Program-made: the position numbers and the translations under genes
Source of the DNA: an uncultured Candidatus Binatia bacterium
Lineage (GTDB): Bacteria; Desulfobacterota; Binatia; UBA9968; JAJDTQ01
Direction of reading: 5' to 3'
NCBI GenBank assembly: GCA_965242525.1
Contig: OZ251459.1
Coordinates: forward strand, 2,112,001 to 2,176,000
DNA: 64,000 bases
The notes under the pieces: model-generated
Database searches by the model: none
What the model was told of the DNA's origin: nothing
Seen by the model: the letters and a program-made list of their open reading frames with translations, nothing else
Part shown: piece after piece, positions 51,371-63,987 of the stretch
How positions within the stretch are numbered: the stretch's first letter is position 1
Layout: each line of letters begins with the position of its first letter

Positions 51371-52525
51371 ATGGAACCCTTCTCGCTCTACGTCCACATC
51401 CCCTACTGCGTCAGCAAGTGCCCCTACTGTGACTTCAACTCCCACGTGGCCGCCCGCATCCCCGAGGGGGAGTACACCGGCGCCGTGGCCCGGGAGCTGC
51501 GCCATCATGCCGGTTCGGAGCGGTGGGCCAACCGGTCCGTCAGGACGGTCTTCTTCGGCGGCGGCACGCCTTCGACCTTCCACGGGGACAGCATCGCCGC
51601 GCTGCTCGACCAGGCCGCCGGGCTGTTCCGCTTCGAGGAGCGGATGGAGGTCACGCTGGAAGCGAACCCCGGGGCCGCGGACGCCGGCCGGTTCCGGGAC
51701 TACCGGGGCTGCGGCGTCAACCGCATCAGCGTCGGCGCCCAGACCTTCGACCCCGGGCTGCTGCGGTTCCTCGGCCGCAGCCACGGGGCCGCGGAGACGC
51801 GCCGCGCGCTGGAGGGCGTCCGGGACGCAGGCTTCGACAACTTCAGCCTCGACCTGATCTACGCGGTCCCGGGGCAGACCGTGGACGGCGTGGACCGGGA
51901 CCTCAAGCTGGCCCTGGAAAGCCGGCCGCCCCACCTGTCCGCCTACAACCTCACCATCGAGGAAGGGACGCCCTTCCACGCCCGCTACCGCCAGGGCCGG
52001 CTGCGCCCGCTGGACGAAGAGACCGAGGTCGAGATGGCCCGGCGCATCGACCTCACCCTCGCCCGGGCCGGGCTGCGGCGGTACGAGATCTCCAACTACG
52101 CGCGCCCGGGCTTCGAATCGCGCCACAACGTCAACTACTGGGAGGGCGGCGACTACCTCGGCGTGGGCGCCGGCGCCCACAGCCATTACCGAAGGCCCGG
52201 AGACCCCCTGGGCGAGCGCTGGCAGAACGAGCGGTCCCCCGCGGCCTACATGCAGCGCACGCGCGAAGACGGCCACGCGGTCACCCAACGCGAGCGTCCG
52301 GGACCGCGCCAGGCCATGGCGGAACACCTGTTCACCGGGCTGCGGATGATCGAAGGGGTCCCGGTCCCCGCCTTCCGGCGCCGTTTCGGGACCACGCCCC
52401 GGGACGCTTTCCCCGCGGTCGGGGAGTGGCTCGGCGACGGCCTCCTGGCCGAAGAAGGCCAACGCCTCCGCTTCGCGCCCGAAGGGCTGCTGCTGGCGGA
52501 CGAACTCTTCCTTCGACTCGTGTGA
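51371..52525 (+). CDS. hemW: Radical SAM heme chaperone HemW
   Basis: LYVHIPYCVSKCPYCDFNS, FGGGTP, EANP, YEISNYA..SRHN..YW. Confidence 0.93.
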   Translation: MEPFSLYVHIPYCVSKCPYCDFNSHVAARIPEGEYTGAVARELRHHAGSERWANRSVRTVFFGGGTPSTFHGDSIAALLDQAAGLFRFEERMEVTLEANPGAADAGRFRDYRGCGVNRISVGAQTFDPGLLRFLGRSHGAAETRRALEGVRDAGFDNFSLDLIYAVPGQTVDGVDRDLKLALESRPPHLSAYNLTIEEGTPFHARYRQGRLRPLDEETEVEMARRIDLTLARAGLRRYEISNYARPGFESRHNVNYWEGGDYLGVGAGAHSHYRRPGDPLGERWQNERSPAAYMQRTREDGHAVTQRERPGPRQAMAEHLFTGLRMIEGVPVPAFRRRFGTTPRDAFPAVGEWLGDGLLAEEGQRLRFAPEGLLLADELFLRLV

Positions 52526-52608
52526 ACGGAGGCTCGCCGGTCATCCGGCCGGGCGGCAACGCGCGTCCGGGCGGAAGCCGCTGCCGGGGGCCGTCAGGCG
52601 CCCACCCG

Positions 52609-53883
52609 TCACGTGCCCATCTCCCAGGAGGACAGGTAACGCTTCTGTTCCCGGGTGAGCTTGTCGATCCGGGCGCCCATGGCGGCGAGCTTGAGGCTCG
52701 CCACCCACTCCACCAGGGACGAGGGGACGTCATGGACCCGGGCCGACAGCTCGTCCCCCTGCTCGACCGCCCATTCGGAGGCCAGGGCCTGGGTTGCGAA
52801 GCTCATGTCCATGACCGAGGCCGGATGGCCTTCGGCCGCGGCCAGGTTCACCAGTCGGCCTTCGCCGAGCAGGAACAGGCGCTTCCCCCCGGGCAGGGTG
52901 TAGCAGTCCACGTGGTTCCTCACGTTGCGCTCGCGCTTCACCGCCATCTCGGTGAGGCCCTCGATGTCGATCTCGATGTCGAAGTGGCCGGAGTTGCAGA
53001 TGACGGCGCCGTCCTTCATGGCCCGCAGGTGCTCCTTGCGGATCACGTGCATGTCCCCGGTCAGGGTGATGAAGAGGTCGCCGGTCCGGGCGGCATCCTT
53101 CATGGGCATCACGTCGAAGCCGTCCATGGACGCCTCCAGGGCGCGCACCGGATCCACTTCGGTGACCGCCACCCTGGCCCCCATGCCCCGGGCCCGGGAC
53201 GCCACGCCCCGGCCGCACCAGCCGTAGCCGGCCACCACCACCCGTTTGCCGGCCAGCAGCACGTCCGTGGCCCGGATGACGCCGTCGATGGTGGACTGGC
53301 CGGTGCCGTAGCGGTTGTCGAACAGGTGCTTGGTGGCGGCGTCGTTGACCGCGATGATGGGGATCCTGAGGGCCCCGTTGGCCTCCAGGGCGCGCAGCCG
53401 GATGACCCCGGTGGTGGTCTCCTCCATGGACGCCACCATGCCGGAGGCCAGGTGGGCGTACTCCTGGTGCAGCATGGACACCAGGTCGGCGCCGTCGTCC
53501 ATGGTGATGACGGGCCGGTGGTCCAGCGCCGCCCGCAGGTGCCGGTAGTAGGTGTCGTGGTCCTCGCCGCGCACCGCGAACACCGGCACGCGCTCCTTCT
53601 TCACAAGGGCCGCGGCCACGTCGTCCTGGGTCGAAAGCGGGTTGGACGCGCACAGCGCCACGTCCGCGCCCCCGGCCTTCAACGTGCGCACGAGGTTGGC
53701 GGTCTCCGCGGTGACGTGGAGGCAGGCCGAGAAGCGCAGGCCCTTCAGGGGCTTCTCCTGCTCGAACCGGGCGCGCACGCTCCGCAGCACCGGCATCTCC
53801 TGGTCCGCCCACAGCACCCGCTTCCAACCGTCCGCGGCAAGGCCCGGGTCCGCCACGTCGAACTGCAACTTCGATCTCGCCAT
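52609..53883 (-). CDS. ahcY: Adenosylhomocysteinase
   Basis: CLHVTAET, SNPLSTQD, EETTTG, KHLFDNRYGTGQS, GYGWCG, GRLVNL..GHP. Confidence 0.97.
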   Translation of the reverse strand: MARSKLQFDVADPGLAADGWKRVLWADQEMPVLRSVRARFEQEKPLKGLRFSACLHVTAETANLVRTLKAGGADVALCASNPLSTQDDVAAALVKKERVPVFAVRGEDHDTYYRHLRAALDHRPVITMDDGADLVSMLHQEYAHLASGMVASMEETTTGVIRLRALEANGALRIPIIAVNDAATKHLFDNRYGTGQSTIDGVIRATDVLLAGKRVVVAGYGWCGRGVASRARGMGARVAVTEVDPVRALEASMDGFDVMPMKDAARTGDLFITLTGDMHVIRKEHLRAMKDGAVICNSGHFDIEIDIEGLTEMAVKRERNVRNHVDCYTLPGGKRLFLLGEGRLVNLAAAEGHPASVMDMSFATQALASEWAVEQGDELSARVHDVPSSLVEWVASLKLAAMGARIDKLTREQKRYLSSWEMGT

Positions 53884-53965
53884 GTTCCTCTCCCTCTCCG
53901 GCGGCCCGCGCGCACCGGGGCCGCCCGACGGTCACCGCCGGAAGGGCGCCGGGTGGGTCTCCAGC

Positions 53966-55141
53966 CTATTCTTCGAGTCCGCTCTTCAGGCCCGCCGCCC
54001 GGTCGGTCCGTTCCCACGTGAACAGGCCGTCCTCCGGGTTGCGGCCGAAATGGCCGTAGGCCGCGGACTTCTGGTAGATGGGCGCTCGCAGCTTCAGGGC
54101 TTCGATGATCCCCTTGGGGGTGAGCTCGAAATGCTCCCGCACCAGCCTCGCGATCTCGCGGTCCGGGGCCACGCCGGTGCCGAAGGTGTCGATGGCGATG
54201 GACACCGGCTCCGCCACGCCGATGACGTAGGCGAGCTGGATCTCGCAACGCCGGGCGAGGCCCGCGGCCACCACGTTCTTGGCCACGTAGCGGGCCACGT
54301 AGGCCGCGCTCCGATCGACCTTGGAAGGGTCCTTGCCCGAGAACGCGCCGCCGCCGTGGCGCCCCATGCCGCCGTAGGTGTCCACGATGATCTTGCGTCC
54401 CGTAAGGCCGCAGTCGGCCTGGGGGCCTCCGATCTCGAAGCTGCCGGTGGGGTTCACCAGGAACTGCGTGCGGTCGTCCAGGTATCCGGCCGGCACCACC
54501 GCCCGGACGACGCTGTCGATGATGGTCTCCCGGAGCTTGTCGTAGGGGACCTCCGGGACGTGCTGGGTGGAAACCACCACGTTGCTGACCCGGTGCGGCC
54601 TGCCGTCCCGGTACTCGACGCTGACCTGGGACTTGGAATCGGGCCGAAGGAAAGGCGCCTCCCCCGACTTCCTGACCTTGGCCAGGTAGCTCACCAGGTT
54701 GTGGGCGAGCTGGATCGGCAGGGGCATCAACTCATCGGTGTCGTCGCAGGCGTAGCCGAACATCATTCCCTGGTCGCCCGCGCCCTGCTCCTTGAACAGC
54801 CCCTGGCCTTCCGTGACCCCCTGGGAGATGTTGGGGGACTGGCGCTCCAAGTGCACGAGGACCTTGCACGTGTTGCCGTCGAAGCCCTTGGCCGGGTCGT
54901 CGTAGCCGATGTCCAGCGCCACCCGGCGCGCCACGCTCTCGTAATCCACCTTGCCCTTGCTGGTGATCTCCCCGGCGATGACCACCAGGTCGTTCTTGAC
55001 CAGGGTCTCGCATGCGACCCGGCTGTCGGGGTCCTCCGCCAGGTGGGCGTCGAGGACCGCGTCCGATATCTGGTCGCACATCTTGTCGGGGTGCCCCTCC
55101 GAGACCGATTCCGAGGTAAAGACAAAATCTTTGTTCGTCAT
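53966..55141 (-). CDS. metK: S-adenosylmethionine synthetase
   Basis: [46 protein letters not shown]. Confidence 0.98.
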   Translation of the reverse strand: MTNKDFVFTSESVSEGHPDKMCDQISDAVLDAHLAEDPDSRVACETLVKNDLVVIAGEITSKGKVDYESVARRVALDIGYDDPAKGFDGNTCKVLVHLERQSPNISQGVTEGQGLFKEQGAGDQGMMFGYACDDTDELMPLPIQLAHNLVSYLAKVRKSGEAPFLRPDSKSQVSVEYRDGRPHRVSNVVVSTQHVPEVPYDKLRETIIDSVVRAVVPAGYLDDRTQFLVNPTGSFEIGGPQADCGLTGRKIIVDTYGGMGRHGGGAFSGKDPSKVDRSAAYVARYVAKNVVAAGLARRCEIQLAYVIGVAEPVSIAIDTFGTGVAPDREIARLVREHFELTPKGIIEALKLRAPIYQKSAAYGHFGRNPEDGLFTWERTDRAAGLKSGLEE

Positions 55142-55180
55142 GGATGTTCCCTGTCCGGCCCTTCCTTCCCGGAAGGGCCG

Positions 55181-55456
55181 CTAGTCACTCTCGCGAAACT
55201 TGTCGTCGATGAGCTGCTCGATGGCGAGCATCGCTTCCCGGGCGTCGTCCCCCCTGGTCTCGACGCGGATCTTGCTCCCCTTGGCGGCTCCCAGAGTCAG
55301 CACGCCCATGATGCTGCGCGCGTCCACCACGTTGTCGTCCTTGGAGATCTTCACCTCCGAGGAGAACCGGTTCACGGTCTGCACCAGCAACGCGGACGCC
55401 CGGGCGTGCATCCCGAGGCGGTTCTTTATCTCGATCCTCTTCTTGACGCGGTGCAT
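55181..55456 (-). CDS. ptsH: HPr-family phosphocarrier protein
   Basis: NRLGMHARAS (His15) and DARSIMGVLTLG (Ser46). Confidence 0.92.
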   Translation of the reverse strand: MHRVKKRIEIKNRLGMHARASALLVQTVNRFSSEVKISKDDNVVDARSIMGVLTLGAAKGSKIRVETRGDDAREAMLAIEQLIDDKFRESD

Positions 55457-55544
55457 GGGCATGGGCCAGCGTCCCGGCTCCCCGGCCGGGCGCGCCGCGG
55501 CCTCCAACCCACTAGCAAAAAACCGGGCGGGAAGAAACCGCGGG

Positions 55545-56006
55545 TCACAGGTCCCGTTCCTTCTCCTCGATCAGGCTCACCACTTCCTCCGGGGTCTCCA
55601 CGCGCATGAGGCGTTCCCGCAGCCCGGCGTCCTTCACCAGCCGCGACACCCGCGCCAGGGCGTTGAGGTGCTCGGAAGTCGATCCTTCGGGCGCAACCAG
55701 CAGGAAGAAGATGTGGGTCGGGGCGCCGTCCTGGGCGTCGAAATCGACCCCTTCCGCACTGCGGGCGAAGGCGACGAACAAGCGCTCCAGCCCCGGGAGC
55801 TTGCCGTGGGGTATGGCGACTCCTTCCCCGATGGCGGTGCTGCATATCCTCTCCCGGGCACGGATCACCTCGAGCAGCCGCTGCGAGTCCTCGAACCCGT
55901 AGTGCCTCGACACCCGGGTCACCATCTCTTCCAGGACAGCGCCCTTGTCCCGCGCCCGGAGGCTCGGAATCACCGCTTCCGGGTCCAGAACGTCCGTGAT
56001 TCGCAA
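55545..56006 (-). CDS. ptsN: PTS IIA (Ntr-type) protein
   Basis: RERICSTAIGEGVAIPHGK, VDFDAQDG, HLNALARVSR; AAGGAGG RBS before TTG. Confidence 0.9.
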   Translation of the reverse strand: MRITDVLDPEAVIPSLRARDKGAVLEEMVTRVSRHYGFEDSQRLLEVIRARERICSTAIGEGVAIPHGKLPGLERLFVAFARSAEGVDFDAQDGAPTHIFFLLVAPEGSTSEHLNALARVSRLVKDAGLRERLMRVETPEEVVSLIEEKERDL

Positions 56007-56050
56007 CCGCCACCCTCCTTTCCGGGGCTGCCGCGCCCGGCCCGCCGGCG

Positions 56051-57493
56051 TCAGCCGGAGCGGACCCGACGGCTCGCCAACGGCTCCCGTCTCCGGGACG
56101 AAGGCAGAATCCCCAGTTGGTCCCGATATTTTGCCACCGTACGGCGCGCAATGTCGATGCCGAGGTCCGCGAGCGCGCCCGCGATCTCCTGGTCGCTCAG
56201 GGGCTTCCCGGGGTCCTCGGACTCCACCATCGTCTTGATCCGGTCCCGGACCGACTCCGAGGAGACCACACCGGAGCCCCCGTTGTGGGGTATCCCGCTC
56301 TGGAAGAAGAACTTCAACTCGAAGACGCCCTGGGGGGTGAACGCGTACTTGTTGGAGGTGGCGCGGCTGACCGTGGACTGGTGCATGCCGATCTCCGCGG
56401 CCACGTCGCGCAGCACCAGCGGCCTGAGACGGGCGACGCCGTGGTCCAGGAACTCGCGCTGGAAGCCGAAGATGCTCTCGCTCACGCGGTAGAGGGTCTG
56501 CTGGCGCCAGTGGACGCTCTTGATCAACCACATGGCCGCCCGGACCTTCGCCTCCAGGTATTCCCTGGCCTTGCGCGCCTCTTCCCCCTTCTCCCGGGCC
56601 AGGCGCCGCACCAGCGGACTCACCCGCAAGGGCGGGACGCCGTCGTCGTTCAGGGAAACCGCGTACTCGCCTCCCACCTTCTGGACCACCACGTCGGGGA
56701 CGATGGCGCGGACCTCGCCGTCGTCGAACCCGCGAGCCGGCTTGGGCTCCAGGCAGGCGATGAGGCGGGCCGCCTCCACCACCTGGTCCAGGCTCGCCCC
56801 GAGGCCGTCGGCGATCCTCTCGTACTGCCGGTACTCCAACTCGTGCAGGTGGTTCGCCACCATGCGGGCGGCCAGGCCGTCCTTCATTCCGGCGTTGCGG
56901 AGCTGCGCCAGCAGGCACTCGCGCAGGTCCCGGGCGGCGATGCCCACCGGGTCGAAGGACTGGACACGGGCCAGGACGTCCTCCACCGCGCCGGGGTCCG
57001 CCCGAGCCAACTCGCCGACCTCCTCCACGGACGCCTCCAGGTAGCCCCGTTCGTCCAGGTTGCCGATGATGAACATCCCGATGCTCTCGCCCGCGTGGTC
57101 CAGCCCGGCCATGCGGAGTTGCCACAACAGGTGCTCCTGCAGCGTCTCCTTGCGGGTGACGGTGTCCTCCAGCGACGGGAAGTCCTCGTCCTCCCGGGCC
57201 GCCTCGGGACTCCCCATGTCGTGGCGCGAGTTGGCGTTCAGGTAGTCCTGCCACTCCAGGATGCGGTCGGTGACCGTGGCGTCGGGGGTCGATTCGGGCT
57301 CCCGGACCATTTCCGGGGCGCCGTCGTCCTCGCCGGGGGCTTCCTCCAGGGCGGGGTTCTCCTGCAACTCCTGGGAGACCCGCTGCTGGAGGTCGAGATG
57401 GGACAACTGGAGCAGCTTGATGGCCTGCTGCAACTGGGGCGTCATCACCAGTTGCGGCGCGAGCTTCTGGGAGAGCTTGATCTCGAGCGCCAT
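56051..57493 (-). CDS. rpoN: RNA polymerase sigma-54 factor
   Basis: MTPQLQQAIKLLQL, HQSTVSRA, RpoN box ARRTVAKYR. Confidence 0.97.
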   Translation of the reverse strand: MALEIKLSQKLAPQLVMTPQLQQAIKLLQLSHLDLQQRVSQELQENPALEEAPGEDDGAPEMVREPESTPDATVTDRILEWQDYLNANSRHDMGSPEAAREDEDFPSLEDTVTRKETLQEHLLWQLRMAGLDHAGESIGMFIIGNLDERGYLEASVEEVGELARADPGAVEDVLARVQSFDPVGIAARDLRECLLAQLRNAGMKDGLAARMVANHLHELEYRQYERIADGLGASLDQVVEAARLIACLEPKPARGFDDGEVRAIVPDVVVQKVGGEYAVSLNDDGVPPLRVSPLVRRLAREKGEEARKAREYLEAKVRAAMWLIKSVHWRQQTLYRVSESIFGFQREFLDHGVARLRPLVLRDVAAEIGMHQSTVSRATSNKYAFTPQGVFELKFFFQSGIPHNGGSGVVSSESVRDRIKTMVESEDPGKPLSDQEIAGALADLGIDIARRTVAKYRDQLGILPSSRRREPLASRRVRSG

Positions 57494-57511
57494 CCCGGTG
57501 TCCCGCCTCCG

Positions 57512-58234
57512 CTACAGGCTGAACCCCTCGCCCAGATAGACCTTGCGGGCCTCGTCGCTGGAAGCGATGTGGCCCGGGGTCCCCTCGGCGAGCACCACCC
57601 CCCGGCTCAGGATGTAGGCCCGGGTGCAGAGCCGGAGGGTCTCCCTGACGTTATGGTCCGTGATGAGTATGCCGATGCCGGACTCGGTGAGCCGCCGGAT
57701 GACCGACTCGATGTCCGCCAGGGCGATGGGGTCCACCCCGGTGAAGGGCTCGTCCAGGAGCACGAAGAAAGGCGACAGCACCAGCGCCCGGGCGATTTCC
57801 ACGCGCCGCCGCTCGCCGCCGGACAGGGTGTCGGCCCTCCGGTCGGCCAAGTGGACGAGGCCGAACGTCCCCAGGAGCCGGCGGCTCCGTTCCTCCTCCT
57901 CTTCCTTGCCGAGCCGCAGGGTCTCCAGTATGGCCAACAGGTTCTGCCTGACCGTCAGGCCCCGGAACACCGAAGACTCCTGGGGCAGGTAGCTGATGCC
58001 GGCCCTGGCCCGACGGTAGATGGGCGCCGCGGTCAGGTCGGTCCCGTTGAGGGCGACCTTCCCTTCGTCGGCCCGGACCAGGCCGATCACGATGTGGAAC
58101 AGGGTGGTCTTGCCCGCCCCGTTGGGACCCAGGAGCCCCACGACCTCGCCACCGTGGACCTCCAGCGTGACCCGGTCCACCACACGCCGCCCCTGATATG
58201 CCTTGACGATTCCTTCCGCGTTGAGAACGCTCAT
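57512..58234 (-). CDS. lptB: LPS export ABC ATPase
   Basis: LLGPNGAGKTT, YLPQE, LSGGERRRVEIAR, ITDHNVRETL, YLGEGF. Confidence 0.96.
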   Translation of the reverse strand: MSVLNAEGIVKAYQGRRVVDRVTLEVHGGEVVGLLGPNGAGKTTLFHIVIGLVRADEGKVALNGTDLTAAPIYRRARAGISYLPQESSVFRGLTVRQNLLAILETLRLGKEEEEERSRRLLGTFGLVHLADRRADTLSGGERRRVEIARALVLSPFFVLLDEPFTGVDPIALADIESVIRRLTESGIGILITDHNVRETLRLCTRAYILSRGVVLAEGTPGHIASSDEARKVYLGEGFSL

Positions 58235-58255
58235 GGGGGAGCTACCCGGCGGGCC

Positions 58256-58840
58256 TCAACGGTTCCACTGGCCGGGAAAGATGACCGCCTTGACCCGTCC
58301 GCCGCGGTTCTCGACGACGCTGCGGTCCTCTTTCAGGTAGATGGTGACGCGGCCGCCCGAGACGCTGTTGTCGCCGTCGCGCATGACCGTGTTCCCGGAC
58401 ACGGTGATGGTCTCGTTCGAGTCGTCGAAAACCGCCTTGTCGCCGGTCATCTCGCGGGCGCCCTGGCTCACCCGCACCTTCCCTTCGGCCACCACGGTCT
58501 TCAACGATCCGTCCCCGGGGTCGTAGCGCGCCGACAGGACGTCGCTGCGGATCTTCACGTCGCCCCGCTCCGCCAGCACGTTCCCCCTATAGACGATGAG
58601 GTTCTCCTTGCGGCGGAGCTCCATGCGGTCCGCGGTGATCACCAGGGGCGACTCCCGGTCCGGGGCGGCGCGGCCCGGGGCCGGCTTCGGGGCGTCCGGG
58701 CCGTCGTCCGCGGCCCAGCCCGCGGGACCCGCGGCGTGGAGCGCAACCAGCACCGCAAGACACGCCAACCGCCATCGCCGTCCCGGGCCGGACGGCTTCC
58801 CGTGAGGGACCTCCGTTCCGTGAGTCGTGGGGCGCTTCAT
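58256..58840 (-). CDS. lptA: LPS transport periplasmic protein
   Basis: OstA-like ITADRM..GNV..GRVKAVI; lies between lptC and lptB. Confidence 0.85.
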   Translation of the reverse strand: MKRPTTHGTEVPHGKPSGPGRRWRLACLAVLVALHAAGPAGWAADDGPDAPKPAPGRAAPDRESPLVITADRMELRRKENLIVYRGNVLAERGDVKIRSDVLSARYDPGDGSLKTVVAEGKVRVSQGAREMTGDKAVFDDSNETITVSGNTVMRDGDNSVSGGRVTIYLKEDRSVVENRGGRVKAVIFPGQWNR

Positions 58841-58862
58841 GGAGCCGTACCCGGTCCTCCGG

Positions 58863-59456
58863 TCAACTCCCGGCCACGTTCGCCAGGACCGGGCGCCGCG
58901 GCGGAAGGGTGGTCCTGACCGCGCCCCGGACCTCCAGGACCTCGTCCCGGAGCGAATAGCTCATGTCCCGGCCCTCGAACTCCACCCCGTCCACCCTGGC
59001 CCGGAACTTGCCGGGGCAGACCACCCGCTCCTCGGCGTGGAGGTAGATGAGCCGGTCGGCCCGGAACCGCGCGTTGTCGTAGGTCACGTCCACCGGACCT
59101 TCCAGCACCGCCCGTCCCAGTCGGCCGCGGGGAAGGAACACTTTCCCCTCCGGGCTCGCGGCTTCCAGGGTCTTGCCGTCCGGATGGTGGAACACCAGTT
59201 CCGGGCGCACGATCACCGCCCTTTCCTCGGACTCGTACCAGGCGCCTTCGGCGCCCTTGACCTCCCAGGTCTTCCGTCCGTCCTCGATCATGCTCCGATG
59301 GAAGTCCTTGACGTGCAGGGCCGCTCCCGGGGTGAGTTGCAACAGGGCCCGGGGATCCGGAAGCGCCTGCCCCCGCATGTGCCGCGCGACCTCGACGACC
59401 ACGAAGGCCACGCCCAGAGCCGTGGCCAGCAAGAGTCCTGTCCTTACGGACCGCAT
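58863..59456 (-). CDS. lptC: LPS export protein LptC
   Basis: N-terminal TM helix, beta-jellyroll pattern (WEVKGAEG), synteny with lptAB. Confidence 0.78.
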   Translation of the reverse strand: MRSVRTGLLLATALGVAFVVVEVARHMRGQALPDPRALLQLTPGAALHVKDFHRSMIEDGRKTWEVKGAEGAWYESEERAVIVRPELVFHHPDGKTLEAASPEGKVFLPRGRLGRAVLEGPVDVTYDNARFRADRLIYLHAEERVVCPGKFRARVDGVEFEGRDMSYSLRDEVLEVRGAVRTTLPPRRPVLANVAGS

Positions 59457-59599
59457 ACGTTCGACCTGCGGGCATTCCCCCGCACGACGCCCTGCCGGTT
59501 TCGGGATAACAGTTCCGCGGTGGAGTGTAAAGCAACGGGCATGGGAACGGGCATGGAATTTGCTTGAACGCCCCGGGTCCGCGGGCGGCGCCCGGGGGG

Positions 59600-60586
59600 T
59601 CAGACCACGCCGGCCTTGAGGAGGTCGTGGAGGTGGATGATCCCCTGGGGCCGGTCCGAGTCGGGAGCCTTGACGAAGAGGGAGGTGATGGAGAACCTTT
59701 CCATCAACGCCACCGCTTCCGCGGCCAGCGCCTCGCCGCCGATGGTCTTGGGGTCCCGGGTCATGATCTCCCCGGCCGTGCAGTCGAGGACGTCCGCCTT
59801 GCCGCCGCTCCGAGCGAGGCAGCGTCTCAGGTCCCCGTCGGTGATGATCCCCGCCAGCGCGCGGTTTCGGGTCACGACCCCGGTGACCCCCAGGCGCTTG
59901 GACGTGATCTCCAGCAGCACGTCCCTGAGCGGCGTGTCTTCGCCGACCAGGGGTATTTCCTCGCCCCGATGCATCAGGTCCCCGGTGCGAAGGAGCAGCT
60001 TCCGGCCCAACGCGCCGCCGGGGTGCCGGAGCAGGAAGTCCTCCTTCCCGAACCCCCGGCGCTCCAGCAGCACCACCGCAAGGGCGTCCCCCATGGCCAG
60101 GGCCGCGGTAGTGCTCGCGGTGGGCGACAGCCCCAGGGGGCAGGCTTCCTCGGGGACCCCCACGTCCAGGACCACGTCCGCGGCCAAGGCCAGGGCCGAA
60201 CGTCCGTTGCCGGTCATGGCGATGAGCTTGAGTCCCCAACGCTTGACGAAGGGCAGGACCTTCAGCACCTCTTCGGACTCGCCGCTGTTGGACACCGCCA
60301 GGACCACGTCGTCCCGCATGATCATGCCCAGGTCCCCGTGGCTGGCTTCCCCGGCGTGGAGGAAGAAGGCGGGGGCGCCGGTGCTCGCCAGCGTGGCGGC
60401 GATCTTGCGGCAGACGAGGCCCGACTTGCCCACGCCCGTCACGATGACCTTGCCGGGACAGCCGCGGAGGATCTCCACCGCCCGGGCGAACTCTTCGCCC
60501 ATGCGGTCCCTGGCCGCGGCGATCCCGCGGATCTCCATGTCCAGCACGTCACGGGCCTTGCGGACCGCGTCCGGCGCCCCGCCCAT
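59600..60586 (-). CDS. kdsD: Arabinose-5-phosphate isomerase (KpsF/GutQ)
   Basis: TGVGKSG, EASHGDLG, SNSGES, EACP..PTAST, HPGGALG, CBS pair. Confidence 0.95.
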   Translation of the reverse strand: MGGAPDAVRKARDVLDMEIRGIAAARDRMGEEFARAVEILRGCPGKVIVTGVGKSGLVCRKIAATLASTGAPAFFLHAGEASHGDLGMIMRDDVVLAVSNSGESEEVLKVLPFVKRWGLKLIAMTGNGRSALALAADVVLDVGVPEEACPLGLSPTASTTAALAMGDALAVVLLERRGFGKEDFLLRHPGGALGRKLLLRTGDLMHRGEEIPLVGEDTPLRDVLLEITSKRLGVTGVVTRNRALAGIITDGDLRRCLARSGGKADVLDCTAGEIMTRDPKTIGGEALAAEAVALMERFSITSLFVKAPDSDRPQGIIHLHDLLKAGVV

Positions 60587-60587
60587 G

Positions 60588-61420
60588 TCATCCGCTCCCG
60601 TGTTGCTTGACCCGGCGGTCGATGTCCTTGACGGTCCGCAGCAACTCGTCCAGGCCGGACAGGGGGAAGGAGGTGGGGCCGTCGCTCAGCGCCCGATCCG
60701 GGTCTTCGTGCACTTCCATGAAGAGGCCGTCCACCCCCACCGCCACCCCCGCCCGGGCGAGGGGCGCGATGAACCGCCGGTCGCCGCCCGACGCCCGGCC
60801 CAGGCCGCCGGGAAGCTGCAAGCTGTGGGTTGCGTCGAAGACCACCGGGAAACCCGTGTCCCGCATGATGACCAGCGAGCGCATGTCCGACACCAGGTTG
60901 TTGTAGCCGAAGGAGGCCCCGCGCTCGGTCAGCAGCACGTTGGCGTTGCCCGCGGCCACGATCTTGGCCGCCACGTTCTCCACGTCCCAGGGAGCGAGGA
61001 ACTGGCCCTTCTTCACGTTGACGACCTTGGCGGCCCGGGCCACTCCCGCGACGAAGTCGGTCTGCCGGCAGAGGAACGCGGGGATCTGGACCACGTCCGC
61101 CACTTCCGCGGCCGGCCCCACCTGGTCGGGCTCGTGCACGTCCGTGAGCACCGGGACCCCCAACTCCCGCTTCACCTCCTGCAGTATGCGCAACCCTTCG
61201 TCGAGGCCCGGACCCCGGAACGATTCCAGCGAAGTGCGGTTGGCCTTGTCGTAGGACGACTTGTAGATGAACGGGATGTCCAGGCGCCGGGTCAGCTCGC
61301 GCAGGTACGACGCGTGCCGGAACGCCGAGTCCCGGTCCTCGATGACGCACGAACCGGCGATCAGGGCCAGCGGCCGGCCGCCGCCCACCCGGACCTCGCC
61401 GATGCGGACCTCGCCGGCGC

Positions 61421-61424
<4 letters not shown>
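60588..61424 (-). CDS. kdsA: KDO8P synthase
   Basis: [37 protein letters not shown]. Confidence 0.97.
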
Positions 61425-63071
<1,647 letters not shown>

Positions 63072-63079
<8 letters not shown>

Positions 63080-63827
63080 GGCCCTCACTCGCCCGGACTC
63101 GGCTCCAGTAGGCCTCCGCCCGTTCCAGGTCCTCCGGCGTATCGACTTCCACCCCCGTCTCCGCGGCGTCCACGACCCGGATGCGGAAACCGTAGTGCAG
63201 GACGCGCAACTGCTCCAACCCCTCGGCCAGCTCCGCCGCCGCCGCGGGCATGGAGGCGATGCGCAGCAGGAACTCCCGCCGATAGACGTAGATGCCCAGG
63301 TGGCGATGGCCCCAGCATACGGGCTCCGCGGGCGGCGTCCGGGGCCAGGGGATCGGCGCCCGGGAGAAATAGCACGCGAAGCCGTCCCGGTCGGTCACCA
63401 CCTTGACCACGTTCACGTCGCGGAACTCGCGCTCCGAGGCGATGGGGGTGCGCGCGGTCGCCATGGGCGCGGCCGGGTCCCGCACCAGGCAATCGACGCT
63501 CTCGCGGATGGTCTCCGTCCGAATGAACGGAAGGTCCCCCTGGACGTTGACGATCCACTCCGCCCGGAGGTCTCCGGCGACCTCGGCCAGGCGGTCGGTG
63601 CCGCTCGCGTGGTCCCCGGATGTCATTACCGCCTCTCCGCCAAAGCCCCGCACCGCGTCCAGGATGCGCGGGTCGTCGGTGGCCACCAGGGTGCGGCGGA
63701 CCAGGGGCGCGTTGGCCGTGCTCTCGTACACGTGCTGGATCATCGGCTTGGCGCCGATCCTGGCCAGGGGTTTTCCGGGGAACCGCGTCGATCCGTAACG
63801 CGCCGGTATGATCGCTACGACGGACAT
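63072..63827 (-). CDS. kdsB: CMP-KDO synthetase
   Basis: [46 protein letters not shown]. Confidence 0.96.
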
Positions 63828-63987
63828 GGGGTTCGACGCGACGGCAGGCAGCGAGGGGACGCCCCGACGCCGGATACGCCGATGGTCCGCGGCATCATAT
63901 CCCCGGCCCGTGGAAACTGTCAAACCGAAGGAGCCGGTAACGACCGAGACATCCGGGATGGATCCCCTCCCCCTGGCCTTCCTGTCC

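Noticed and set aside
52609-55141. metK/ahcY as a dedicated SAM supply for the radical SAM island
   Set aside because: They are part of the core operon in host-like GC, about 8 kb away; proximity is probably coincidental.
59534-59558. Short tandem AACGGGCATGG x2 upstream of lptC
   Set aside because: Only two short copies with no assignable function.
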